A stretch of 64,000 nucleotides of DNA from a virus (taxonomy: Duplodnaviria; Caudoviricetes). This document shows positions 26,722-36,937 of the stretch, one piece after another. The notes under the pieces are model-generated. The model did no database searches and was not told the origin of the DNA. It was given only the letters and a program-made list of their open reading frames with translations. The stretch lies in the IMG/VR virus record IMGVR_UViG_3300032295_003763, positions 1 through 64,000 of that record; one strand, 5' to 3'. Each line of letters opens with the position of its first letter. Positions within the stretch are counted from its first letter, which is position 1. Made by a program: the position numbers and the translations under genes.

Positions 26722-27909
26722 TTAATTATATGGCTTCTGTAAAAGAAATTCAAATAATTCACCATCTCGTTCCCATATTATATGAGAAATATTAGATTTG
26801 TTTTTTAATCTACTATCTGCTAAAGCATTTAAACTTGGAACTGGATATTCTTCTCTAAATTTCTTTATATCAAAATCTGGAGTGAAATCATCAAATAAGG
26901 GTAGCTCTATATTTTTATCAGGGATAACACCAATACCGTTCACTTTAACCTTCCCTAAAGGATAATATTCCTGTGAAGTTACAAAAACTCTCCCACCCTT
27001 TACGTCAAATTGAGATTGTACTAATCCCTTTCCATAAGATGTATCTCCAATAATTATGGCGTTTTTGCCATATTTGAGAACTGCTGAAAGTAGTTCACTA
27101 GCAGATGCTGTATAATGGTTTTGCAATACAATTATAGTTTTTACATCAGACCATATACCTTTATCCTTTTGACTAAAATCAAATGCAGTATCAGTTCTAG
27201 AAATTCTAGTTACCATAAGTTCGTCTTTAGAGAAGAATTCTTCCGATATTCTCAAGCATTTGTACAAAAGACCACCCCCATTATATTGAAGATCTATTAT
27301 GAGAGTATCTATCGTTTTTGGATTCAAAGCAACAGAATGCAAATAAAATTCAAAATCTACATTGTCAGTAAAACCTGTAATTTGCAAAATGGCTGTTTTA
27401 TCTTTCTTTTGAGAAAAAACACTAGGTTCTTCTAATACGATTCTTTGTAAATTAAATTCTAATATTTTTTTACCTCGTGATACTTCTAGTTTTAATTTCG
27501 TCCCTATTCTACCTGTCATTAAATAAAAAATATCAGAATGGGTTTTAGGTTTTTTACCGTTTATTCTTTCTATTATATCTCCTCTAGTAACTCCCTGATT
27601 ATAAGCATTCCCATCTTTAAAAACTTCGTCAATATAAAAACCATTTTCACTTGAATCGACACTTATTCCAACTACACCTTCCATCCTATTACCCATTCTT
27701 TTATCAAATTCTTCAGCCTCTTTGAAATCTAAAATACGGGTATATTTATCTAAGTGCTTTTGATATTCGGACCAAGGGAGATGTTTTATACTATCTGGTA
27801 GATTCTTATAATAGTTTTTGGAAATAACTTCTTTAACTTGAAGCATATTTATACTTGTTTCATGAGGCTTTGCGAACAGCAAACAAGAGAGGAGAATGTG
27901 AAGAAGCAT
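26722..27909 (-). CDS. S41 C-terminal processing peptidase (CtpA/Prc-like) with PDZ domain (start revised from 27990)
   Basis: LDKYT, PDZ (GDIIERING), DLQYNGGG, TASASE, GDTSYGKGLVQ, GVIPD; signal peptide at the revised start. Confidence 0.9.
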   Translation of the reverse strand: MLLHILLSCLLFAKPHETSINMLQVKEVISKNYYKNLPDSIKHLPWSEYQKHLDKYTRILDFKEAEEFDKRMGNRMEGVVGISVDSSENGFYIDEVFKDGNAYNQGVTRGDIIERINGKKPKTHSDIFYLMTGRIGTKLKLEVSRGKKILEFNLQRIVLEEPSVFSQKKDKTAILQITGFTDNVDFEFYLHSVALNPKTIDTLIIDLQYNGGGLLYKCLRISEEFFSKDELMVTRISRTDTAFDFSQKDKGIWSDVKTIIVLQNHYTASASELLSAVLKYGKNAIIIGDTSYGKGLVQSQFDVKGGRVFVTSQEYYPLGKVKVNGIGVIPDKNIELPLFDDFTPDFDIKKFREEYPVPSLNALADSRLKNKSNISHIIWERDGELFEFLLQKPYN

Positions 27910-27979
27910 ATATGTGTTTATATTAAATTTATTGCTATATTTGCATACTTTGTATTTTAATCTATATAGCAATAATTTT

Positions 27980-28195
27980 ATGAAAATCACGAAAAAAAGA
28001 AATTCTGAGGCCGATACTAAAAAAATTGAAGAGTTAAAGAAAATTACTATGGATTTGATCCATAATGGCTACGGCTCAGATATGATAGGAATGGACCCTG
28101 AGAGTTTAGTAAAAATGGCTCTGAAACATGCAAAACATGTTTACAAATCTAAACAGATTTTAAACTCTTTTACTAATGAACACTTTTTAGACTGA
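27980..28195 (+). CDS. hypothetical protein (start revised from 27914)
   Basis: ATG follows a TATATTTG element at 27936. Confidence 0.55.
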   Translation: MKITKKRNSEADTKKIEELKKITMDLIHNGYGSDMIGMDPESLVKMALKHAKHVYKSKQILNSFTNEHFLD

Positions 28196-28205
28196 TTAAT
28201 ATTTA

Positions 28206-29798
28206 TCAGTCTTTACTCTTCAATGAATGTGCAATGAAATCATAAAAAAGAGGATGTCCTTCTGGTACAACTGATTTCAATTCTGGATGAAATTGTACAC
28301 CAACGAACCATTTATGATCTCTCAATTCAATAGATTCAACTATATTTAGGTTTGGCTCTTTTCCAGAAATAACCAAACCATATTCCTGCAGAAGCTGTTC
28401 ATAATTTGAATTAAATTCCCATCTATGACGATGGCGTTCTTTAATCAAGTCTTTTTTATATGCTCTATGAATTGCGGTATTAGATTCTAATAAACAATCA
28501 TATGAACCTACTCGTAATGTCCCACCCATATCGGTAATCTCAAGCTGACTATCCATAAGGCAAATAACAGGGTTTTTAGTATCTGGATTCATTTCAGTTG
28601 AATTTGCACCATCTAAATTAGCAACATTTCTTGCGAACTCAACTACAGCAGCTTGCATACCTAAGCATATACCTAAAAATGGTATATTATTTTCTCTAGC
28701 ATATTTAACAGCCTCTACTTTACCTTCAAATCCTCTGACACCAAAACCACCAGCCACTACGATTCCATCATAATCTTTTAGAATATGGCTTCCGACTTCT
28801 TCTATTTGATCTGCTGAAACTAATGTAATTTTACAACCTGCTGAATTTAATGTAGAAGCATGATAAAGAGCTTCATAAAGAGATTTATACGAATCCTTTA
28901 CATCAAAATATTTACCAACTATAGCAATATTTACATTGTGTTCTGGTCTATGGAATTTACTAATATAACTTTTCCAGGATTCCATATTTGGTTTGGAATC
29001 ATTTAGTTTTAATACTTTATTTAATGCTTCATTCATTCCATTATTGTATAAGTTCAAAGGAACTTCGTATACCGTGGATACATCGGGAGCTTCAACTACC
29101 ATAGATTCGTTTACTCCACCGAACAAAGCTAGTTTATGTATAGCTTCTCTACTTAACTTATGGTCAGATCTACAAACTAAAATATTAGGAACAAGACCAT
29201 GCTCCATAAGAGTACGGACCGAAGCTTGGGCTGGTTTTGTTTTGGTTTCTCCTGCTGAATCTACCCAGGGTACCCAAACTAAGTGAACTATTGCACTCCT
29301 ATCTTTCTTTTCCGTTATAATTTGGCGGATAGACTCCAAAAAAGGCATAGATTCAACATCACCTACAGTCCCTCCCAATTCTACAATAACCACATCATAT
29401 TTAGATTCAAATCTTTCTAATCTAGATTTAATTTCATCTGTTATATGTGGAATAGTTTGAATAGTAGATCCTAAATAATCGCCTCTACGTTCTCTATGTA
29501 GAACTTCCCAATATACAGATCCAGAAGTTATTGAGTTTTGTTTTGAAAGATCAACCTGTGCAAATCTAGAATAATGTCCCAAATCTAGATCTGTTTCAGT
29601 TCCATCATCGAGCACAAAAACCTCACCATGTTGTGATGGTGACATTGTAGAAGTATCTACATTTAGATACGGATCCATTTTTACCATATTTACAGACAAT
29701 CCGCGTGCTTTCATCAAAGCACCTATAGAAGCGGATGCAATGCCTTTACCTAATGATGATAAAACTCCACCCGTTACGAATATCCAATTAGTTTCCAT
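28206..29798 (-). CDS. pyrG: CTP synthase
   Basis: FVTGGVLSSLGKG, KTKPAQ, GGFGVRG, GICLGMQ, ERHRHR, QFHPE. Confidence 0.98.
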   Translation of the reverse strand: METNWIFVTGGVLSSLGKGIASASIGALMKARGLSVNMVKMDPYLNVDTSTMSPSQHGEVFVLDDGTETDLDLGHYSRFAQVDLSKQNSITSGSVYWEVLHRERRGDYLGSTIQTIPHITDEIKSRLERFESKYDVVIVELGGTVGDVESMPFLESIRQIITEKKDRSAIVHLVWVPWVDSAGETKTKPAQASVRTLMEHGLVPNILVCRSDHKLSREAIHKLALFGGVNESMVVEAPDVSTVYEVPLNLYNNGMNEALNKVLKLNDSKPNMESWKSYISKFHRPEHNVNIAIVGKYFDVKDSYKSLYEALYHASTLNSAGCKITLVSADQIEEVGSHILKDYDGIVVAGGFGVRGFEGKVEAVKYARENNIPFLGICLGMQAAVVEFARNVANLDGANSTEMNPDTKNPVICLMDSQLEITDMGGTLRVGSYDCLLESNTAIHRAYKKDLIKERHRHRWEFNSNYEQLLQEYGLVISGKEPNLNIVESIELRDHKWFVGVQFHPELKSVVPEGHPLFYDFIAHSLKSKD

Positions 29799-29864
29799 GC
29801 TTATAAAATCCTAAAAATTTTCTTTTCTATAAAAATTAAGAATTAAGTTTCTAATAATTTAAAT

Positions 29865-31085
29865 TTATTTATTTAAAAATGTATAGACACTATTGATAAA
29901 TGTATCTATAGTTTCATCAGTATAAATATCTCCAACATGCAGGTTTAAATTTGTGTCATTTGATGTATAAAGTAATCCTGAATACGAATTTAACCCTATT
30001 TCAATTTCCGACCAAATATTTTTACCTTGCAATAAAACTGAAATGGTTTTATGTGGATTCTTTTTACAAGTAATGAATACACTTTTACGTAATTCATTTG
30101 GTATTTTTCTGAGTAATGTAACGAGCTTTTTAAATACAATAAAGTGAGATTCTAAACCTTCTTGATTTAAATTTGAAGTCTCTATAAAATAATCATAAAT
30201 ACCTTTAAAACTCATGCCTAGAATAGATTCAGATTCTGAAATATCTAAGCCACCATACATAGGTCTGACTGCTTTTTGATTCATATCTTTGGTTGATATG
30301 GATTTCATATTTAAAGTTTCTGGATTTTTACCCATTGAAAGTGCTAGTACTTGTGCTAATTCCCATCTACTAATCCAATCTCTGCCACCAGTATGAACGA
30401 TTCCTTTTATATCCTTTTCTATAACATTTATAACTGATTTCACTAGGTCATTATAAGATGTTGGATTATTAAATTGATCATACACAATTGAAACTTCATT
30501 ATCTATTTCTATCTGTTCTTTAAGCCACTTTACAAAATCTTGAGAACCATTATCAGTATCATATAACACATTGGTTCTAATCACACATCCATCTGATTCC
30601 AATACTCTAGACTCACTATCTTTTTTGGATAAAGCATACCAAGAAAGAAGAGAATCGGATGGAGTATCATTTAGTTTATAAAGACCATCTTTACCATCAA
30701 ACACATAATCCGTTGAAATATGGATTAACTTTACTGGAGTATTTAAGCAGATTTTTGATAATAAACTAGGTAGTTCATAGTTAATCTGATGTGAATGAAA
30801 CTTATCATCCTCACAACCATCTACATTCGTATAAGCCGCTAAATTAACTATAACATCAGGTTTATTATTTTTTATAACATCTTCTATAAAATTAGAATCC
30901 GTTATATCTCCTATAATCCATTCCTGATTGTGTATCCATTCTGGTTTTTCTTTAGAAGAAATGCATACCACAGAATATGATTCATGTTCATTTAATAACA
31001 TATTAAGAGCACGTGATGTTTTTGATCCAGCTCCAAATATTAAAATACTTTTGATGTCTTTCAATTCTGTTCCATTTTTGCTCAT
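29865..31085 (-). CDS. rfbD: dTDP-4-dehydrorhamnose reductase-like SDR with C-terminal extension
   Basis: NLAAYTNVDGCE, HISTDYVFDG, YALSK, DQFNNPT; extra ~100-aa C-terminal domain. Confidence 0.85.
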   Translation of the reverse strand: MSKNGTELKDIKSILIFGAGSKTSRALNMLLNEHESYSVVCISSKEKPEWIHNQEWIIGDITDSNFIEDVIKNNKPDVIVNLAAYTNVDGCEDDKFHSHQINYELPSLLSKICLNTPVKLIHISTDYVFDGKDGLYKLNDTPSDSLLSWYALSKKDSESRVLESDGCVIRTNVLYDTDNGSQDFVKWLKEQIEIDNEVSIVYDQFNNPTSYNDLVKSVINVIEKDIKGIVHTGGRDWISRWELAQVLALSMGKNPETLNMKSISTKDMNQKAVRPMYGGLDISESESILGMSFKGIYDYFIETSNLNQEGLESHFIVFKKLVTLLRKIPNELRKSVFITCKKNPHKTISVLLQGKNIWSEIEIGLNSYSGLLYTSNDTNLNLHVGDIYTDETIDTFINSVYTFLNK

Positions 31086-31101
31086 TTTAAAATATTTCCA
31101 A

Positions 31102-31329
31102 TTAATTTACTTTTCGTATTCTTGGTGGGTATCTTCTTCCAATTAATAATCTATTATTACCTTTACATAAAACTCTAAACGTACCTTTCTTTCCTAAATA
31201 AATTAAATCAATAGTATATCCATAAAATTCTTCATTAATTCCATGGGCTGCCATATTTTCAAGCATCATCAAAATATAAAATTCAAAATATCTTATTCTT
31301 CTAGTTTCTACAAATGAATCATTAGACAT
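31102..31329 (-). CDS. hypothetical protein
   Basis: Short ORF in minus-strand run. Confidence 0.5.
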   Translation of the reverse strand: MSNDSFVETRRIRYFEFYILMMLENMAAHGINEEFYGYTIDLIYLGKKGTFRVLCKGNNRLLIGRRYPPRIRKVN

Positions 31330-31379
31330 ACATTAGTAAATAGTATTTTTACTATATATGGTCTATACCCGACCACCAA

Positions 31380-31853
31380 TTACTCAAACTCAGATTTAAG
31401 CTTAGTTTTAATTCTGTGCCAACGAACTTTCATTGAATTTTCATTTATTCCAAAGGCATCTGCACATTCTTTCGTGCTATAACCTTCTATTTTCATATTT
31501 ATTAATTTAACCATTTCATCTGGATAAGGTTCCATAACCTTTTGGAGATCGAATGATTCAAATGATAAAACATAGTTATAGGCATAATCATAATCTTCTT
31601 CTAAAACATTTAGAGGCACTATGTTTTTATTTTTTCTTTTTATATTTTTACATATATTAAAAACAATCTGATTAATATATGGACTTGGATCTTTTTTAAT
31701 TTCGGTTGGATTATCTGATTTAAGAATTAATAATAATCTTAAAATAGATTCAGAAGCTATATCACATGCTTCGTCATGACACTTCACAATACTCTTTGCA
31801 GTTTTATAGCATTTATTATAATGGTACCAGATTTTATCTTCTATTGCGTTCAT
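31380..31853 (-). CDS. ECF-type sigma-70 family factor
   Basis: Region 2-like AKSIVKCHDEACDIASE...YINQIVFNIC; region 4 EGYSTKECADAFGINENSMKVRWHR. Confidence 0.8.
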   Translation of the reverse strand: MNAIEDKIWYHYNKCYKTAKSIVKCHDEACDIASESILRLLLILKSDNPTEIKKDPSPYINQIVFNICKNIKRKNKNIVPLNVLEEDYDYAYNYVLSFESFDLQKVMEPYPDEMVKLINMKIEGYSTKECADAFGINENSMKVRWHRIKTKLKSEFE

Positions 31854-31997
31854 ATATTATTTTTGAAATATTTTCTTTTTAAAATGTAAGAAATATATTC
31901 TTTAGTTCTAATCTTTTTCTTATATTTGTAAAACTACGAATTTTATTCTAGAAATCATAGAACTTTTATTAATTTTAATCATTAAGGTTTATTTTAT

Positions 31998-32831
31998 ATG
32001 AATGAATCACTAAATGTATCCATACCCTGCTTGGATGGTTTTGTTCGTCTAGTTGATGTTATGGGCGATGACTCTTCTATTGTACAAGCAGCAAGGGTAT
32101 CATATGGAGAAGGAACGAAAAAAATTCACGAGGATAGAGGTTTAATAAGATATCTCATACGTCATCAACATTGGACTCCCGTTGAGATGGTAGAATTTAA
32201 GTTTCATGTAAAAATACCTGTATTTGTCGCAAGACAGTGGATTAGACATAGAACTGCAAATGTGAATGAGATAAGTGCAAGATACTCAGAAATGAGGGAT
32301 GAAATGTATCTACCACCTTTGGAGCACATTAGTGCCCAGTCTAAAGATAATAAACAAGGTAGAGATACAAATCCATTTCCTATTGAGGATGCTGAAGAAA
32401 TTCAATCAATTATTTCTAAATCAAATGAAGCACAATATGAAGTATATCAAAAACTTCTTGAGAAGGGTGTTGCAAGAGAATTAGCGAGAACTGTTTTACC
32501 AGTTGGTCATTATACAGAATGGTACTGGAAGATTGATCTCCGTAATCTAATGAATTTTTTGGCTTTACGATTAGATCCTCATGCACAGTGGGAAATTAGA
32601 GTATATGCCGAAGCTATGGCTTCTTTAGTAAAGAAAGTTGTACCTGTTGCATGGGAAGCATTTGAAGATTATATTTTGAATAGTGCTCATTTTTCTAAAT
32701 ATGAAGTTGATATCGTAAAAGAAGTTATACAAAATTCTGCTTTAAATATTGAAGAAATTGCGAAAGAAAAAGGTCTCAAAGGTAGAGAGTTAAATGAGTT
32801 TTTATCAAAAATCAATTTCAGTCATGAGTAA
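31998..32831 (+). CDS. thyX: flavin-dependent thymidylate synthase
   Basis: AARVSY, HWTPVE, RQWIRHR...NEISARY, ELARTVLP, HAQWEIR; TATATTTG at 31921. Confidence 0.97.
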   Translation: MNESLNVSIPCLDGFVRLVDVMGDDSSIVQAARVSYGEGTKKIHEDRGLIRYLIRHQHWTPVEMVEFKFHVKIPVFVARQWIRHRTANVNEISARYSEMRDEMYLPPLEHISAQSKDNKQGRDTNPFPIEDAEEIQSIISKSNEAQYEVYQKLLEKGVARELARTVLPVGHYTEWYWKIDLRNLMNFLALRLDPHAQWEIRVYAEAMASLVKKVVPVAWEAFEDYILNSAHFSKYEVDIVKEVIQNSALNIEEIAKEKGLKGRELNEFLSKINFSHE

Positions 32832-33321
32832 TACATTTTTTCAAAAAGTGGTTAGACTCTTTAAAAAGACAGACCAACCAAACATAAGTAGTCCCAGTAT
32901 TTCTAAAAATGAATTTTGGACTGATGAAGAATTAAATGAGTTTAAAGAAAAACTTTTAATTGAAAAAGATATTACAATGTCAGAGATTGAATCTTTAAAA
33001 GATAGAATTATTGACATTGATGAATATACTTCCAGTGGAAAGATTGAAAATTTTAATTCTGAATATAATACATTCGAAACTGAAAGGATAACTTCTGAGA
33101 TCGAATTAAATAGATTGCAAAACTATTTAAATGAAATAAATAAAGCACTTATGAGGATTAAAGAAGGAAAATATGGTATTTGCTCTAAATGTAATTGTAA
33201 AATTAATAAAGAAAGACTGATAGCCGTACCAACTACAACATTAAGTGCTAGTTGGAAGATTCAAGGTAAATGTCCTGAAAATGGTTTAGATGTTTTAAAA
33301 TCAAGAACTAAAAATGCCTAG
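32824..33321 (+). CDS. TraR/DksA family protein (start may be 32794)
   Basis: Coiled coil then ALMRIKEGKYGICSKC..KINKERLIAVPTTTLS. Confidence 0.8.
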   Translation: MSNTFFQKVVRLFKKTDQPNISSPSISKNEFWTDEELNEFKEKLLIEKDITMSEIESLKDRIIDIDEYTSSGKIENFNSEYNTFETERITSEIELNRLQNYLNEINKALMRIKEGKYGICSKCNCKINKERLIAVPTTTLSASWKIQGKCPENGLDVLKSRTKNA

Positions 33322-33559
33322 GTATAGGATAATATCCGAATCAACTAGTAAAAAAACTCAGTTAGAAGAAATTCATTTAAATGATTATGAAGAAAGAAAA
33401 TATAGATTATCACATGGTCTTTATGAATTTTTAGATTTAGATATAATGCCAACTGAAACCAACCTTTTGGTCGGAAAAGTGGGTTTAGCATTCATTAAAA
33501 GTTGGAAACTAAGAAGACGCAGAAAAGAAGTGTATTCTATGGCAACAAATAAGGTATAG
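33314..33559 (+). CDS. hypothetical protein
   Basis: Overlapping operon-like ORF. Confidence 0.55.
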   Translation: MPRYRIISESTSKKTQLEEIHLNDYEERKYRLSHGLYEFLDLDIMPTETNLLVGKVGLAFIKSWKLRRRRKEVYSMATNKV

Positions 33560-33586
33560 TGAATATATACAAAAAAATTCAATATA

Positions 33587-33994
33587 TTGAGTAATAAACT
33601 TGAAACCTTAATAAAGAAGCTAATTAGTAAACCTTCGAGAACTCAGGTGTGGGAAGAAGAACACAATGATTCTATTGATTGTTATTCTCATGGTTTGATG
33701 ATAGTTAATTCAAGTTTAAATTTTTATAGTTCCATAAAAACTTGGACATTTGATAAAACTAATTATAAGAGAGATCGTCACTTTAAAGATAACTTCTTAA
33801 CGTTGTTTATCAATGTTTATTATTTTCAAAACAAAGAAGATTACAAACTCCAAGACGCTAGTTTTACAGAATTACGGTTAAAAAGAACTGGTAAAAAACT
33901 TCAAGATTTTTCCGTAGAAATTAATAAAATTGAGAAATTTCTAAGAATAAATCGAGGGCATAGTCTTATTAAAGAAAATCGGAACAATTCGTAA
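33587..33994 (+). CDS. hypothetical protein (TTG start)
   Basis: 135-aa ORF after AATATATA. Confidence 0.55.
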   Translation: MSNKLETLIKKLISKPSRTQVWEEEHNDSIDCYSHGLMIVNSSLNFYSSIKTWTFDKTNYKRDRHFKDNFLTLFINVYYFQNKEDYKLQDASFTELRLKRTGKKLQDFSVEINKIEKFLRINRGHSLIKENRNNS

Positions 33995-34066
33995 ATTTAC
34001 CTTTTATTATTAAATATATTTTTTTATATTTGAAAAAAAATAGAGATATATAAGTTTAGGCTTAAA

Positions 34067-35764
34067 ATGAGAAAAAGAAAAATTAAACGAGAAAAAATGT
34101 TATCCTTTGAACAATTTCAGAGTATATTCGAATCGAGAAATCCCGAAAGCGTTTATACAAAAAACAAAGACTTGATGTCTAAAGATGGAAAACCACTTGA
34201 ACTTCAAGACGTAGAGAAAATATTTCAAGCTGATCCGTCAATACAGAAATCTTATGTAAACTGGTTAATTCAATTATATAGAAAAACTGATAAAAATTTG
34301 TTTTTTGAAGATTTATATAAGGCTACTAATTATCTTCAAATATATGATGACGCTAAGAAAAAGAACAAGATCGAAGATGAAAGAGCAAAAAATATTTCTA
34401 ATATCAAAACTCTTCCAGAACTCTTTAATATCATTGAGCCTTTCAAAGAAGATGAAACTAAACTTTTATCTAAAAAACAATTACGCGGAGACTCACCAGT
34501 TGAAGGTCAATATGAATTGATTTATTCTGATGACGAATGGGATGTAGTTATACCTAGAACGCACCCAGCTTCTTGTTATTGGGGTAGCGGTACACAATGG
34601 TGTACAGCAGTAGATGAAAATCCAAGTTATTTCAATGGATATACTAAAGATGGTCCCCTTTATATCTTTAGACATAAATCTGATAAAAAACTACGCTATC
34701 AATTACACTTTGAAAGTTCTCAGTTTAAAGATGTAAAGGATGATGAATATCCACCAATTTCAGTATTTGAAAAATACCCAGTATTAAAAAATGCATTGGT
34801 TGAGTATTGGAGTGAAAATCCAAAAGTATTGGAGAATAGCACCAAGAATCCTTTAAGTATGGTTTTAGATAGAGATTCAAAAGAATGGTCAGTATTTATA
34901 CCTATGATTATTGATTCTGGATATAATTTGAATAGCGAAGATACTAATGGTAATACAGTTCTTATTAATTTGTGTAAGAAACTTAAAGTTGAACTAATTG
35001 ATTTCGTTTGTTCAAAAGGTGCTGATCCTAAAAAGGCTAATGCAAAAGGTTTAACAGCACTTATGGCAGCAGTTGCAGCAACAGCTTCAAATATAAGCGG
35101 TAGACCATCTGTAAGTGATTTAGATACCTTAACATTGAAAGTTGCAGAAATCTTGTTTAAGTATGGTGCTGATGCAAGTGGTATAAATCCTAATGGTGCC
35201 CAAAGCACAGTATTTGAAGCAATCCTTCAGAACAAAATTCAAACTGCTTTGTTCTTGGTAGATAAAGACGGTTACGATGTTAATGCTCCTGATAATAAAG
35301 GAGATGCTGGCAGAAACTTAGCATTGTATTTACCAGGTTTGAATGTTACACCTACAGGTGCTAACTATTCTCTTAATTTTGATCAAGCTAAATTCTTTAT
35401 AGAAACTTTAATTAAAAAGGGATTAGATATTAATAAGATTAGCGAAAGTAATTTCTCTAATTCTCCACTTCATTTACTTTCACATTTTGCTGGTCTTCGT
35501 GCAAATGATAAAGCTGCTGTTGAAGTACTTTGTTTCATTGCTAAAATTCTCTTAGAGAATGGAGCAAATCCATGGTTAGAGGATAAGTCTAAAGGAATGA
35601 AAGTTAAATTAAGCGGAATGGAAGAACTTCCAAAATCTAATCTTTTAGCTATTGAAAAGCCAATTGGAAGACCAAAGAGTCCTGAAATGGTAGCATTATT
35701 AACAGAATATATGAAAAAGGCTAACCCAAGGAAGAAAATTCCTGCGGTTGATGTTTTAAGTTAA
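34067..35764 (+). CDS. WCT-motif (PcfJ-like) domain + ankyrin repeat protein; alternative start 34097
   Basis: ADP...YVNWLI, EDLYKAT, SCYWGSGTQWCTA, GPLYIF, YQLHFES; ankyrins GNTVLI, GLTALM, SPLHLL. Confidence 0.8.
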   Translation: MRKRKIKREKMLSFEQFQSIFESRNPESVYTKNKDLMSKDGKPLELQDVEKIFQADPSIQKSYVNWLIQLYRKTDKNLFFEDLYKATNYLQIYDDAKKKNKIEDERAKNISNIKTLPELFNIIEPFKEDETKLLSKKQLRGDSPVEGQYELIYSDDEWDVVIPRTHPASCYWGSGTQWCTAVDENPSYFNGYTKDGPLYIFRHKSDKKLRYQLHFESSQFKDVKDDEYPPISVFEKYPVLKNALVEYWSENPKVLENSTKNPLSMVLDRDSKEWSVFIPMIIDSGYNLNSEDTNGNTVLINLCKKLKVELIDFVCSKGADPKKANAKGLTALMAAVAATASNISGRPSVSDLDTLTLKVAEILFKYGADASGINPNGAQSTVFEAILQNKIQTALFLVDKDGYDVNAPDNKGDAGRNLALYLPGLNVTPTGANYSLNFDQAKFFIETLIKKGLDINKISESNFSNSPLHLLSHFAGLRANDKAAVEVLCFIAKILLENGANPWLEDKSKGMKVKLSGMEELPKSNLLAIEKPIGRPKSPEMVALLTEYMKKANPRKKIPAVDVLS

Positions 35765-35793
35765 TTTGTTTATTTATATTTTGTGAGTTTGAT

Positions 35794-36384
35794 ATGTCTT
35801 TTTCCATGGATCAATTAATTTATACTTTAAATTATATTGATAAAACAGATTGGCCAGATGGCCCTTGGAAACTCGAACCTGATAAAATGTTGTGGATAGA
35901 TGATTCCACAGGTTATGAATGCTTAATAAAGAGAATTCGAAACATCAGTCATTTATGCGGTTATGTGGGTGTTACTAAAGAACACCCACTATACGGCACC
36001 TCCCTTTTACAGTTCAGAAGAGATGAAACGCTTGAAAAGTTTTTTGATGTCCATGGTAAAATTACAATGTCTTACCCTGGAAAGCTTTTCTCAGAAGAAC
36101 CTGGTCCAGATAATAAGTTAGGTAGGGCATTTATTGAAAATAGAGTTCATCCACAGGAAATCTGGTGGATCGGTATGGACTTTGTTCAGAATGAAGATAT
36201 TATACCAATAATATCTGATGATCCAAATGATAATAATGGTGAAAGAATCTACAGAGACATCGGATATGTAACAAAGGAAGTTACCAAACTAGCTTATCTT
36301 TTGAAAAAGTTTCATGAAGAATTCGATAGTGGTGAAATTAAATTTGAAAAATTAAATCATCCAATACCTAGTTGGGCATTATAA
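35794..36384 (+). CDS. conserved phage hypothetical protein
   Basis: GPWKLEPD, HLCGYVGV..EHPLYG, VHG.IT, WWIGMD motifs. Confidence 0.8.
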   Translation: MSFSMDQLIYTLNYIDKTDWPDGPWKLEPDKMLWIDDSTGYECLIKRIRNISHLCGYVGVTKEHPLYGTSLLQFRRDETLEKFFDVHGKITMSYPGKLFSEEPGPDNKLGRAFIENRVHPQEIWWIGMDFVQNEDIIPIISDDPNDNNGERIYRDIGYVTKEVTKLAYLLKKFHEEFDSGEIKFEKLNHPIPSWAL

Positions 36385-36397
36385 TTTAAGCAAATTT

Positions 36398-36937
36398 ATG
36401 ACAAAGGAACAATTTATCAAATATCTAAATGGTTCTTCTCAAGAAACTTTAGATACCTTAGCTTTTAAATCTACTATGAAGCTAGAATATCTTCAGTTTC
36501 TTAAGCTTTTAATTTCAAAACGATTTATAAACAACCCTAAAAATCGAGTAGGACAAAGTTTATTGCATACGTCAGTTATTCATAATAACGTAGAAGCATT
36601 ACGTTTCTTAATAGATTCTGGTCTTAATATTAATGAAACTGATGATGACTATAGAACGCCATTGCATCTATCAGTAATATATCCAGTTAATTCAGAAATA
36701 ATTTCTCTTTTAATTTCCAATGAAGCTGATATAAATGCTAAGACTGAAAGATTAGAAACACCTTTGTTTTTAGCATGTCAATCTAATAATACAGATGCAG
36801 CAAGGATACTATTAGAAACAAATAAATGCGATATTTCTTTTCCTAATGATTTAGGGCAAGAAGCGATGTTTTTAGCTTATAAAAATGATAATAAAGAGAT
36901 ACTAAGACTACTTAAAAAATTCAAAGAGGCAGTTTAA
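36398..36937 (+). CDS. ankyrin repeat protein
   Basis: GQSLLH, RTPLHLS, ETPLFLA. Confidence 0.9.
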   Translation: MTKEQFIKYLNGSSQETLDTLAFKSTMKLEYLQFLKLLISKRFINNPKNRVGQSLLHTSVIHNNVEALRFLIDSGLNINETDDDYRTPLHLSVIYPVNSEIISLLISNEADINAKTERLETPLFLACQSNNTDAARILLETNKCDISFPNDLGQEAMFLAYKNDNKEILRLLKKFKEAV

